Assembly (NCBI GenBank): GCA_030390025.1
Contig: CM059431.1
Coordinates: 131,070,001-131,134,000, forward strand
DNA length: 64,000 nt
DNA from: Squalus acanthias
Taxonomy: Eukaryota
Direction: 5' to 3'
In this document: positions 45,989-57,727 of the stretch, one piece after another
Layout: each line of letters begins with the position of its first letter
Position numbering within the stretch: position 1 is the stretch's first letter
Program-made: the position numbers and the translations under genes
The notes under the pieces: generated by a model
What the model was told of the DNA's origin: nothing
Databases searched by the model: none
Seen by the model: only the letters and a program-made list of their open reading frames with translations

Positions 45989-48900
45989 CTAAATTCTGCG
46001 AAGGCTGCCACGAGCTTTTCCCAGTGGTGGGAGGGCACTGACCCCTTCCTTTGATCTGCCGCAGCCTGTCGCCGCTGCGCTAGGATTGGGATCTCCCTGG
46101 GCTGCCTTGACCTTGAACTTACGCCTGGGGGTGCACGGGGGATTTGGCCACGACTTCCTGGGCTGGGGTGTCCGACTTGACCTACGGAGGGCTACTTTGG
46201 GCAAGATTTCCAGGGCCGACAGACCAGGAACCAAGACTTCCACCGTCGCGGCCTGTGGTCCCACCACAGCCGCTGGCTCCGTCTCCCCTGGCTCCGCCCC
46301 CCTGAACTCAGGATTTGCAGTTTCTGGCTCCACCCTACTTGGCCCAGTATGTTGTCCTCCACTCGCAATCCCTACCTCCCCCAAGGGCAAGACTTCCAGG
46401 GCCGACGGACCGGGTACCGAGACTTCCACCGTCACGGCCTGTGGTCCTACCACAGCCGCTGGCTCCGTCTCCCCTAGCTCCGCCCCCCTGGGCTCGGGAT
46501 CTGCAGTTTCCGATTCCACCCTGTGTGGAACTCCACTCGCAGCCCCTATCTCCCCTAAGCTTGAGTCGAGGGTGAAACCTTCGTCCTCCGACCCCAGCAC
46601 CTCTCCGACCGGGTCACTACCTTGATCGAGCTCCCCGAGCTCTTCCTCATCTGAATCCCAACACCAAGAAAAGATCCTACACTTTTCCAGAATGTCCTCT
46701 CCCCTCAAGCAGGCTGCTTTACCGGTCTGTGCGCCCTGCGGTCCTACCCGGGGCTGCGAGTCCCCACTCGCAGTTTTGGCCCCTGTGATTGGCCCCTGTG
46801 CAACCGGCTTATACAACTTGCACTGGTTAATGTGGAACCATTTCGTGCGCCGGGGTACCTTTACGGCGTACACCATGGGACTCGCCTTATCTACAATACT
46901 GTAGGGCCCCATATACAGTGGTTCCAAACTCCCTACTCTGGCATAGTTCCTAACCATGACCTGATCTCCGACTTCCCACTCCTGCTTCTTGCGGGGTTCC
47001 AGCAACAGGCGATTGCCCTGGTGCTGTCTTCCCATGTTCCCAGCCGCCTGCTCGTAAACCTGCTTCAGGCGCTCCAAGAGGGTCTGGACAAACTTGTCCC
47101 TTTTCACCTCTTGGAGCTGGACCTCAGTGAGCACCGGGGCTAGTACATGGGTGGGGGTTCGCATGATCCTCCCAGTCATCACCTCGTACGGGGAGTACCC
47201 TGTACTTTTCGACTGACTGGCCCGGATCCCCATGAGGACTAGAGGCAGAACCTCCGCCCATTTTTGGGGCGAGTTCATAGTCTCTTTCCTCAGCTTCTCC
47301 TTGAGGGTCCGGTTCATGCGTTCAACAATCCCGGATGACTGGGGATTGTGCGCTACGTGCCACTTCCCTTCAATGCCCAAAAGCATGAGGGTGTTCTGCA
47401 TCACCTGGCCGGTGAAATGACTCCCTTGGTCTGACTCCACGAAACGGGGGAGTCCCCACCGCGAGAACACTTCCCGGACCAAGATCTTGGCAGTACCCAG
47501 CGCCGTAGCTGTTCTACAGGGGAAGGCTTCTACCCATTTGGAAAACACATCCACCAAGACGAGGCAGTATTTGTAGCCTCCCTGGGTGGTGGGCAGGGGC
47601 CCTATGTAATCGATCTGTATCGACTGCCATGGTCCCTCCACCCTCCTGATGTGCCCCATGTGCACTTTCCTTTTCTGGAGGTCTGGGTTGTTTGCAGCGC
47701 ACACAAGACAGTTTGCACAGAACTCGCGGACCTGCTCCCTGAGTCCCGGCCACCATCCCGCCTGCTCTACCCGTTGCCAGGTAACCTCCGGCCCGGGGTG
47801 TCCTGCCCCCGGCCCCTCATGAGCCAACTGGAGGAATTCCCTCCTGTGCTGCTGCGGCACAACCCACTGTTCCTCGCGGAACAGCATGCCTTCTTTAACG
47901 GAGAGGGTTGCCGTACTGTACGGGCCCTCTACCTGCTTGCCCTCAGTAATCATTCTGAGAACTGCTTTTAGGGCGGGATCCTGGTTCTGGACGGTCTTAA
48001 GATCTAGGGGCAGTGCTACCCTGGTGTTCCCAGGATTCCCTTCCCTGCCTTGGATCGCTGCCACGGATCCGGGTCCATAGGGGTCCCAGAAAATGCCGTT
48101 ACGGGCACCCTCCCTGGCTAGCGCATCCGCCTGCTGGTTGCCCTCCCCGCGGGGCTCTGTGGAGGAGTGAGCCTTCACCTTATGGATGAAAATCTCCCCT
48201 TCCTCCCCTACTGCTGCTAGGATCTTTTCCAGCAAGGGCTTCATCGTTAAAGGTCGCCCGTCCGCGGAGGTGTATCCACGGCGGGACCAAATGGCCAGGT
48301 ATTCCGTACACGAATTGCACGTAAACATACTGTCCGAACAAATCGTGTATGGGGTTGGGAAAATCTCTAGGTGGGTCACTACGTACGCCACCGCAGACAG
48401 CTCAGCCTGCTGCGCGCTCATGGTGCTGGGGAGTTTAATTGCCAGGGCAAGGTTTGCCGCAGGATCATAAACTCCACACCCTGTGAGTCGTTCGCCAGCG
48501 GACACTGTGCTGGAACCATCAACATAAATCTCGCGACCTGTGGGATGTATCCCGGCCCGCAAACCTATGTTGACCTCCCACACCCCTTCCACCGAACACC
48601 GGTGATCTTTTCACAGCCCAATGCGTGGCTAAAAGATGCCTTTCGCAATTGGAGAAACTCCTCTCCACATCCGTTAACACCCTGGACGAATAGACAACCG
48701 GCCTCAGCTTGCCGTGACGCTCTTGGAGCAGCACGGCGCTCAAGCTGTCTCCGCTGGCAGCTACCTCCAGGAAAAACTCCTTCCCCCCATCTACGGCCCC
48801 CAAAGCTGGCACAGTCTGCAAATCCCTTTTTAACTTCTCGAATGCTGCCTGACAACCCTCGTCCCAAGACCACTCCACTCCCTTCTGGAGGAGTCGGAGC

Positions 48901-50273
48901 AGCGGAGCTGCTGTGGCCGCATAGTCCTCGATGAAGTCTCTACAGTAACCGGTCAGTCCCAGAAAGGCCCTCACACCCGTTATGGTGTTGGGAATCGGTA
49001 ACTCCTGCACCGACTCCCTCCTAGCCTTATCTATGGCTCTTTCCCCAGCGCGAATGGTCAGACCCAGGAATTTTACTTCCTGCTGACCGATACGTGCTTT
49101 CTTAGGGTTCACTTTAAAACCCTTTCTCGCTAGCAGCTCCAATAACTCGGCTAGCAGTGGTCCATGCTCCTCCCTTGAGTCCGTGAACAGGAGCAAATCA
49201 TCCACGTACTGCACTATCTGATTGGGCTGACTAAACTCCTTTAAACTTCCTGCCATACACTGATGGAAAATATTGGGGCTGTTGTGGAAACCCTGTGGCA
49301 AACAGTTCCATGTGTACTGTTGTCCTTTAAAAGTAAAGGCGAACTTGTACTGGTCCTCTCGCCGCAGCGGGATGGACCAAAAACCGTTCGAGATATCCAG
49401 CACCGTGAACGTGGTCGCGGACGCTGGGATACTCCCTATTAGGTCAGCAACTGCTGCTACTGTGGGCGCGCAGGCGGGGATGTTACTGCTAAGGACTCTG
49501 TAGTCCACCGTGGCCCTCCACGAATTATCCGGCTTCCTCACCGGCCATAATGGGGAGTTCACGTGTGTGGCTATCGGCCTCAACACGCCCTGCTGCACCA
49601 AGGAGGACATTGCTGTCTCCATATCAGGTTCTGCTTCTTTGGGGAAGTTATACTGCTTTTGGGGCCGGGTCATGGGGTCCCCGTCTACGCTGACCTCAAA
49701 CCCGGTAACCCTCCCACAATCGTGCTTGTGGGTTGCAAACGTGTGCATATTATCTGACACGTACGCTTGCATGTCCGTTGGGACATCCGCGACCATAAGC
49801 CCGAGGTCGTAACCTCCGGATGGCTTCATGGTACACAGGGCCCCTTTACCTTCCTTCCCCGGGATTACAACTACCTTGCCTTTTCCACCCTTGGCTCCCC
49901 AGAGACAGTGATTCCTAAGGTCCACGAGGATCCCGTGTTCCGATAGGAGATCCGATCCGAGGATACCTCTGCCACCCCCCTCTTGCCATTTCATCAGTAT
50001 GCACTTCCATGTGGTGTGGAGTGCTCCTAAATGAATGGAGAGCGGAATGGAGAACGCGCCAGCCTGCTCTTTTCCCGTGAACCCCGCTAATGTGAATGGG
50101 ACCTTGGTAGACAGTGGTGAGTCAAAGGGGCTATCTGTGTGAATCACGGTGCATGAAGCTCTCGTGTCCAACAAATAACTACCCTTCTGCTTCTCTACCT
50201 CCATCTCCACCAGGGGTCTTTTCCACGCATCATAGCTGAGCGGACACAGGCAAATGGGCTGCGCGGGCTCTAG
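45989..50273 (-). pseudogene. pol: pol of element 2 (PR-RT-tether-RNase H-IN with long C-terminal extension), broken by one deletion frameshift
   Basis: ORFs 48519..50210 and 45989..48592. Protease triad mutated to DTR. YVDD. RNase H DGSS/AEL/SDS/NQQAD. HHCC and DDE integrase. About 200 nt missing at about 48605 relative to element 1. Confidence 0.94.
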
Positions 50274-52032
50274 TCATTGGGTACTGGTGGACGGGGTTGT
50301 GGCATCTGTGAGGCCGGTAGTGACTGCCAGCCTTCCTTGCAAAATCATAAGGGACCGCATAGCTCCCAACATTGATTCTATCGCATCGGGATGGATAGGC
50401 ACACCAGGCCCTCTCTCAGAGACAGGCGCTTGGGTTCGGGCTGCGGGATTTTTATCCCTGGGGTCCTTCCAGGGGTTCCTACAGTTCTTACGCCAGTGAC
50501 CTGTCTTCCCGCACCCGTAACAAGCACCACTGGCTTGTGGGGCGCGGTTTCCCTCCTGATGCCACTCCTTTTGAGCCGGGGCTGCGGGCTGTGCCTCATG
50601 CACCTTTCCCTTAAGGGGATGCGCTCCCGTGCTCCTAATGTTACGATACCCTATGGTGAGTCGATTTAGGACAGACTCCTCTGTTGTGGCGGGGTTAGTG
50701 GGATCAAACCATGCTTTGGCCTGCTCCCTGACGGCTGGCAAACTGTTGGCTACTAAACACCTGAGCAAATGAGTTAAACCAGCACCGTCCAGGTGGTGGC
50801 GCGCGCTGGCGCACCTGGGCAGCTACTCTGGTGTACTGGCCACAGCCTATCGGCGAAAACCTTCGGGGGTTCTCCCTCCATCTGTATGGTTTGACTCAAT
50901 CTGACGAACGGACCTTCGTCATCCGCCCCTAACACTTCTAGGACCTCGTCCCTTAACTCCTCATAGGTTTTATTTCCCCTCTTGCTCTCGTCTGAGAGAC
51001 ACTGGAGGATCGAGCTATCCAACGAGAACAGCAACATTTTGGTCTTTTCCTCATCGTCGCAGCCATTAATTGCTGTGGTCTGTTCTACCTCCCTAAAGTG
51101 TACGGAAGGGTCGTCTGACTCGGACAGCTTCCGTACATGGCTAATCATTGCTCTCAGCTGGTGTGAGCTGTGGGGCAATACAAGCTGGTTCAGGACATCC
51201 CCCTCGGCCCCATTGTCTGTATTCGGGCCTCTCTTGTGACCTCGGAGCGGACACATCGGTCCCGACTTCGACTCTACCTCCGGGGACTGTCCTACCTCGG
51301 GAACCTCCTTTTCTATTTCCACCACTTCCTCCCTTACCCAGGTTGCCGAATAGCTGGGTGGCGCGGAGGGCACAGTGGCAAATACCTCCTCTGCTTTGTC
51401 TGGTAGGGATTTTGGGAATTCCCTACCCACCTGTGGCTGGTGTGCTGACGGGCTGATGAGGCACACCATGCCGTTTGCCTTATTCAGGACCTCTCTTAGG
51501 TTCCCTAACTCCTTCTGGCAAACACTGTGGTCGGCTCCCTCATGCCTATCCTCGAGGGCCATCTTATATGCCGCCCTAACTCCCTTCAAGCCTTCTTCTT
51601 GGGCTTTTATCTGGTTAGCTAGGCGGGCACACCGTTCTCTAATCCTACCCTCGTTTAATTTTGCTTCCGTGACCTGACACTCTAGGTAATCAATTTTAGC
51701 CTCATGGTGGTTGGCTACTATCTGGCGTTCCTGATGTAACGCATTCAAGGATGCAATGAGTTTCTGTCCTCCCGTGATCTTTTCCTCCATCTCAACTTCC
51801 AAATCCCTGATCTGAGCTGCCTGTGCTACAATGACCTGGTCCGAAAGTTGGACTTGCTTCTTTCTTGTAGCACATCAGCCAGACCGCTTTCTCTACCGAC
51901 TTCTTATGCTCTTTACTGCCTGTCCATTTGATGGCGGCGTCCTAGCGGACGCTTATCCATCAGTAGGTCACTTATCCACCTTTTGGTTAAGTTAACCTTC
52001 CCAAACACATAGTCGGCTACCCTCTCATCCAT
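50274..52032 (-). pseudogene. gag: gag of element 2, frameshifted
   Basis: Probable ATG at 52032 (MDERVADYVFGK). N-terminal coiled coil. MHR-like IQMEGEPPKVFADRL. One CCHC knuckle CYGCGKTGHWRKNC (50481-50522). Apparent frameshifts near 51945, 51860 and 50800. Confidence 0.88.
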
Positions 52033-52085
52033 CACATTTCGCCTATTCACACCAGGGTCTAAAACATTACTCTCTCGCTGTCAAT

Positions 52086-52103
52086 GTCCTGCCGCGGTCG
52101 CCA
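52086..52103 (-). promoter_or_regulatory. Primer binding site, tRNA-Arg(UCG) type
   Basis: TGGCGACCGCGGCAGGAC on -, complementary to ...GUCCUGCCGCGGUCGCCA, the 3' end of vertebrate tRNA-Arg(UCG) as recalled. Confidence 0.85.
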
Positions 52104-52108
52104 TTTTC

Positions 52109-53795
52109 TGTGAGGGGTTTTGGTGTGCTTGTATCACAGACGGTGCTGGTGCGAGGTTAGGCCTTCGTTGCCTAATGCTATTGCTTGCTCTGGTCTCCGG
52201 CCAGCCTTGTTGCAATAAGCACCTGTGAGTGGTTCGACCTACTCGCCCTTACGGTTCTAACACTGGACTTAGGTGCGAGAGCAGTAATGCAGAGAAAAAC
52301 TCAAATAGACCCGGTTGAATAGTACGAAATGGAAATCTTTATTGCATAGCGTCCAAAATCATGAAGTACATGTCATAGGCACAAATTAACGAGAGTACAA
52401 GTATACATACATTCATAAAGCTTGGTCTATGGTAATGAAGAACGCACGGCACATCGTAAAAAGGGGAACACATTATACTTTATCCTTAATAAAACCACCC
52501 TCCCTTATCAATACCTACACTACATCTAGATTTGTAGGATCGGGAAACATGCTCACCACTCGTGATACTTCGGAGAATTTTAAAGTGAGGCACTCGGCTC
52601 GTTCGCTGCAGCGCCTGACTGTCACGTGTTTGGAGGGGTCTCTGTACCCCACTTTTTTGTCTTCGCTGCTGCGGCAAGCAGGCCGGGATCCCCGTTGTCA
52701 TGAAGAACTCGACAGGACTTGGGCCCGGCTGTAGAACTCAAAGAAAAGTCTTCCTGTACCGACACCATTTGTCGGTAGAATTCAAAGAAGAGTCTTTGAC
52801 CGGTTCGTGCAATAACCTGTAGAATTCAAGAAGTGGGTCCTATATTTTCAGGCGCGGTCGGGGTTTACTGACCGCGGCGGCACGTGGATTCTTCTTCTTT
52901 TCTTGTCATTTCGTCTTGTCTTGTTGGGCCTTCGGGTCCAGACACCGTTTACCGACTCTCGGGATGGTGCACCCGGTCACTTGCCTTTGTCGAGGCGGCT
53001 CGTTCCGATTGAGCTCCACCCAACATTCGAATAACCGTCCAGTGCGGCTAAAAGTCCAGAGTCAACAGAGTCCAGCCCTAGAGAAGAGCTTCAGCAGTCA
53101 GCAGCAAGCTAAGAGAATAGGAGACGATTCAAGCGAATAAGAGCCGAAAATCAAGAGAGCGATGGACATTTGTTCACTATAGTTATAGTGCTGTGTTCCC
53201 TTATCTCCCGCCCAAATCTTACTGTTTGTCCTTTGTGAAATATTGGCGCTCAAAACTCCCAGCATGGGGTGATTCTTTCCTTAACGGGTTTCGGTAGCAC
53301 CTGAAACTGGCCAACTACCCGTTAATGTTTTCCCCATTGTTGAACCGGCTAGGAGCCTCCCTGGCTGGGTTTTGGGGGCCCCCGAATGCTTGCTTAATCA
53401 TCCGTCGATATCTCTCTCATTGTAGAGCCATGGGGGTATTTGTGTATTGATGTGTCTGGATGGGCCTTCGATTGCCCAGTACAATGGTCCTTACTTGTGC
53501 ATGGAAAATGATTCCAGCACTTATATCTTTGCTATTGTCACAAATGCAAACAGGTTGCATCCTGTCTTTATCAGTGTTTATCGAGTATGATCCCGTCTTA
53601 TATTGAAATGTTTATTCGAACGCCATCTTGTCTGCCCACTGTAATTCTGGAAGCTTCTGCCACGATGCGCGGCGGCCATTTTACAGGCTTCTGTGTCCTT
53701 TTTAATCATGACAGCATTTCGTTTTAAATAAACTGATCAAACGAATCTGCTTCTATCTTGTTATTTTTGAATCGCGATAATTGCGAAACTTTACA
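52109..53795 (-). repeat. 5' LTR of element 2
   Basis: Direct repeat of 41279-42965; followed on - by GAAAA and the PBS. Confidence 0.96.
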
Positions 53796-53799
53796 CCTC

Positions 53800-54860
53800 C
53801 ACCATGGCTGACAGGGCCCTTGACCTTGTCCGTCCGATTTCCTGGACTTCTGCCCTCACCCCTTCCCCTCTCTCCCGGAAACACGATACGGTTTCCCTTA
53901 TCCTCACCTTCCACCCAACCAACCTCCACATTCAATGGATCATCCTCCGTCATCTCCGCCACCACCAAACACATCTTCCCCTCCCCTCCCCTTTCAGCAT
54001 TCCGAAGGGACCATTCCCTCCACGACACCCTGGTCCACTCTTCAATAACTACAGCACCTGCTCCCTTTCCCACAGCATCTTTCCATGCAAGCGCAGGAGA
54101 TGCAACACCTGCACTTTCACCGCCTCCCTTCCTATCATCCAGCACCCCAAACACTCCATCCAGGTGAAACAGCGATTTACTTATACTTCTTTCAATTTAG
54201 TATACTGTATTCGCTGCTCACGATGCAGTATCCTCTACACTGGGGAGACCAAACGCAGATTGGGTGATCACTTTGCTGAACACCTCCGTTCAGTCCGTGA
54301 GTGTGACCCCGAGCTTCCGGTCGCTTGCTACTTTAATTCTCCATCCCACTCCCACCCTGACCTATTTGTCCTCAGCCTCCTACACTGTTCCAATGAAGCT
54401 CAATGGAAGCTTGAGGAACAGCACCTCATTTTTCGATTAGATACTTTACAACCTTCCAGACTCAACACTGAGTTCAACAATTTCAGATCATATCCACTGC
54501 TCCCATTTTTTTGGACAGCAGGTGCTGGTAATGGTTCTGCTGCTATCATTTCTAGCTCCTCCAGACTCATCTTTTATTTCTTTACTTGTCCCATTACCAC
54601 CCCCTTTTGCCTTGCACCATCATTCCTTTTGTAATTTAATCACTCCTGCCTTCCATCCAATCAAAGGCCTTCCCTTTTATTATTTCCTCCCCTACCCCCT
54701 CTTTCCTGACCTCTGTGCCTGCTTAACAACTATTACGTCTGTAACTTTTTCCAGTTCTGATGAAAGGTCATCGACCTGAAACGTTAACTCTGTTTCTCTC
54801 TCCACAGATGCTGCCTGACCTGCTGAGTGTTTCCAGCATTCTCTGCTTTTATTTCTAATT
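53800..54860 (+). mobile_element. Penelope-like element, GIY-YIG half and tail
   Basis: CKRRRCNTC and NLVYCIRCSRC.ILYTGETKRRLGDHFAEHL (53804..54634); hammerhead tail. Confidence 0.9.
54753..54789 (+). ncRNA. Minimal type I hammerhead ribozyme
   Basis: AGTT-CTGATGA-A-AGGTC(ATC)GACCT-GAAA-CG-TT-AACT. Confidence 0.82.
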
Positions 54861-55392
54861 TTGACTTGTTTGGATTTGCGCCTCATATTCCTCGATCTTA
54901 TGTATTTTGGGGTTTTTGAGTCTTTTAAAATCTGGCACTCCCACCAAATGCACAGATACTTTCTGTTTTTATTTCAGGTTTCCAGCATCCGCAGTGTTTC
55001 GCTTTTGTTTTGTCTGTTTCAGAGACACATTGATACATACAAATGAAAGAACTTCAACTGCTTCAACCACTCGTATGTTCGAAAATAAACAGGCAATGCA
55101 AAATTTTGAAAACAAAGTTTACTTGCCACACAAGGATTTCCAACCTTATTGCATAAGTTTGAAAACCAGTTATGTAGATTGTAAATTTTCCTTGTTTGAC
55201 CTTCATAGTTAAAAGGAAATTCAGAATTATATTTTGCATAATGCAAATGAATCTGAAGATTTCCAGGTTATTTGGGCATGGGTAACTATCAATCTGGCTT
55301 ATTTAAAAGGGAAGTCTCATATAAATCAGATTTGTGCGGCTTCATTTCCTTAGTTTCTAGATTGTCTTCTGTGCACCTAAATTTTATACTTT

Positions 55393-57307
55393 GGGGTCGA
55401 TCTTCCCTGGATACTTTAGGCACTAAAGAACCTCCGAAGTGGCCAAGATGGGGTCTTAAGCTGCAACACCAGTTTAGCCAGTGTTTAACACAAAACACCA
55501 TCTTGGTAAAGGAGTTGAAGCCTGTGCTAGGAATGGCCGTCCAGAGGATCATTAAGGGGCTGATTGACAATTAAATTGCTCATTAAAGAGGCTGCATGCC
55601 ATTCTGGTGGGTAGCGCTTCATTTAACAACCTTTCCTAACAGCAATCAGCTGAACAGGAGTAAACAAATCATTGCTGAGGATTTCGATTGCAGCTCTTTG
55701 TCGTTCCATGCAAGCTGCAATGACTGCAGTGGAAGCTGCGACCTCAGTCATCAGATGCTTCGTGATGTTGGGCGCCACAGGTTGCTGGCTGGAATTGGCC
55801 AGCCTCTCCACGCTGGAGAGGATGGGCTCCAGGCTCTGCGTCTAGCCACAGACCAAGGTGGAGGCGGACTCCTCCAGTTCCCCTAGCCATGACCCGTAGG
55901 CATTTAGGCCGGCTCTCCATTGCACCAAGCATTTGGTATGTCGTACCCATCAGCCTTCTTCTGAAGCTTGGCCCTGCGAGGTCCTCATCTGACTCCTCTG
56001 CAGCAGAACTAGTATACGACCTTGTCCCCATGGAAGGCTGGCACTTGTGGTGTCCCTTCCACCCTGCGCGGCTGCTGTCACCAATGCCCGACGCGTCCCA
56101 TTGTGAGGATCGCTCTTCTAACCTAGCCTCTAAGTTACATGTGGTGCTGAGCTCTGAGCTCTGAGCTGCTGTCTGCGACAGTGGTCGCTCTCCTCCTCCT
56201 CCGCTTCTTCTAGGGGCGAGGTGCATCTTGCTCCTGGGAGCCTGCAGTGATAAATCTGGAAGGGTAGGGTGCAGCGTGTGGCCATTATAGGAGGATGTGT
56301 GTGATGAGACCATATGGAGCTTGGGAGTGAGGATAGCTTTGGGGGATTAGGGATCAGGAATAGTTGTGCATCTGTAAGGAAGCTGGAGTGACCACATACC
56401 TCTAAGCGATATGTCCCTTGCTCTGCCTCTGGCCATGGGGTCTCCCACTTCCCTCCTGATCACGGCCAGCACTGCCTCTTCAAGGGGAGTGATGTCATGC
56501 AGGTATGATTGACCTCCCCTGGTCAGGTCCTGCTGCTGCCTTTTATGTGCTATCTTGTCCTGGAAGAGCAAAAGTGATGATTGTGAATGAGTATATTGAC
56601 AGGTGTGTGTGTGTGATGCCTCATGTGGTTGAAGACCTGTGAGATGTATCTGAGGTGTGAGTGGTGCCTGTGAAGGATGCAATAGTGTGGGGTGTGTGAA
56701 TGTCAGTGTATAGTTAGATGGTGGATGAAGTATGTTGAGGTTGTGATGCTGGTGGTGGTGGTGCAGTTATTGAGATGTGTGTTTGTGAGATGGGATCTTA
56801 CCATGACTACTCGTGTCAAGTCATTACATTTCTTGCGGCACTGGAGCCATGTCCTGGGGCCAGGGCTCCTGGCTGTCACCTCCTGGGCGATCTCCTATCA
56901 CATGCACCACATTAGCTGCCTCTGTGGCCTCCTGCGGGTAGAGGACATCCCTCCTCCTCTGGACCACCTTCAGCAGGACCTCCAGTGCCGTGTCCAAGAA
57001 CCTGGGTAACCTCTCTCTAGGAGATATCCTTCCACATTGGCTTCTCTCCCAGCCAGCGCACTCCATAACTTCAGTGGAAGTGGGTGATTGCTGGATACAT
57101 TTACAGCTCCAGGGAAATTGCGTCTAATCAGCGCTTCAGTGCTAAACCTGCAATAGTCGGGTTCAGCGCCTGCAGGCACAATTAAGTCATGATAATCATC
57201 ATTTATCCCGAAAATTGCATGCTAAATCCACACTGTCAAACAGGCGTTTCTTATTCACACAGCACCCATTTAGCGCCTGTTTTCACCATTTGGCCAAAGT
57301 AACCCCC
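55393..57307 (-). mobile_element. Harbinger derivative with Myb-like gene remnant and no transposase
   Basis: GGGG and CCCCC ends with TTT flanks; RERLPRFLDTALEVLL exon at about 56803-57060; downstream exon homologous to 33037..33714. Confidence 0.75.
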
Positions 57308-57727
57308 TTTATTTTTAAATCCAAAAATTGAGCTGATTATGAGCTTCAAAATATTGCATTGTTCATTTCCAGGGTTTTATAATTCTGCAAAATGATTTGG
57401 GATGGTGTCTGAATGCTAGATTTTGAGTTCAGCACTCCTTTGACTTGAGCATAGAGCCAAATGCTAACTGAAAATAATAGCAATAATATAGTGGCCTCTC
57501 AGCAGAGCAACCTGTTACACTTTTCAATCAGGGGTTTACGTGCTTGCTTATTTTCTATGTTTTTGCTCACATGGTAGTTCATAGGCAGTGGTCCAGCTGC
57601 AGGTTAAAAACACTTCAACTGAAACTGTTTTTGCTGCTGTAACCCAGCTCTTACTGTGGTGAAGACACTAGAATTCTAATAACTTTATTAAAGATTTCTC
57701 AATATTAAAAACACTTACACTGAGTGC

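Larger units (their letters stand above)
41279..53795 (-). mobile_element. Full-length provirus, element 2 (lokiretrovirus-like): LTR-PBS-gag-pol-env-PPT-LTR, 12517 bp
   Basis: Two 1687-bp direct repeats with TG...CA ends; TSD CCTC (41275-41278 and 53796-53799); excision restores Penelope ...GFPSTMADRAL. Confidence 0.96.

Noticed and set aside
46086..48934. Antisense ORFs over pol (179 and 187 aa)
   Set aside because: Expected in GC-rich coding sequence; no recognisable motifs or expression signals.
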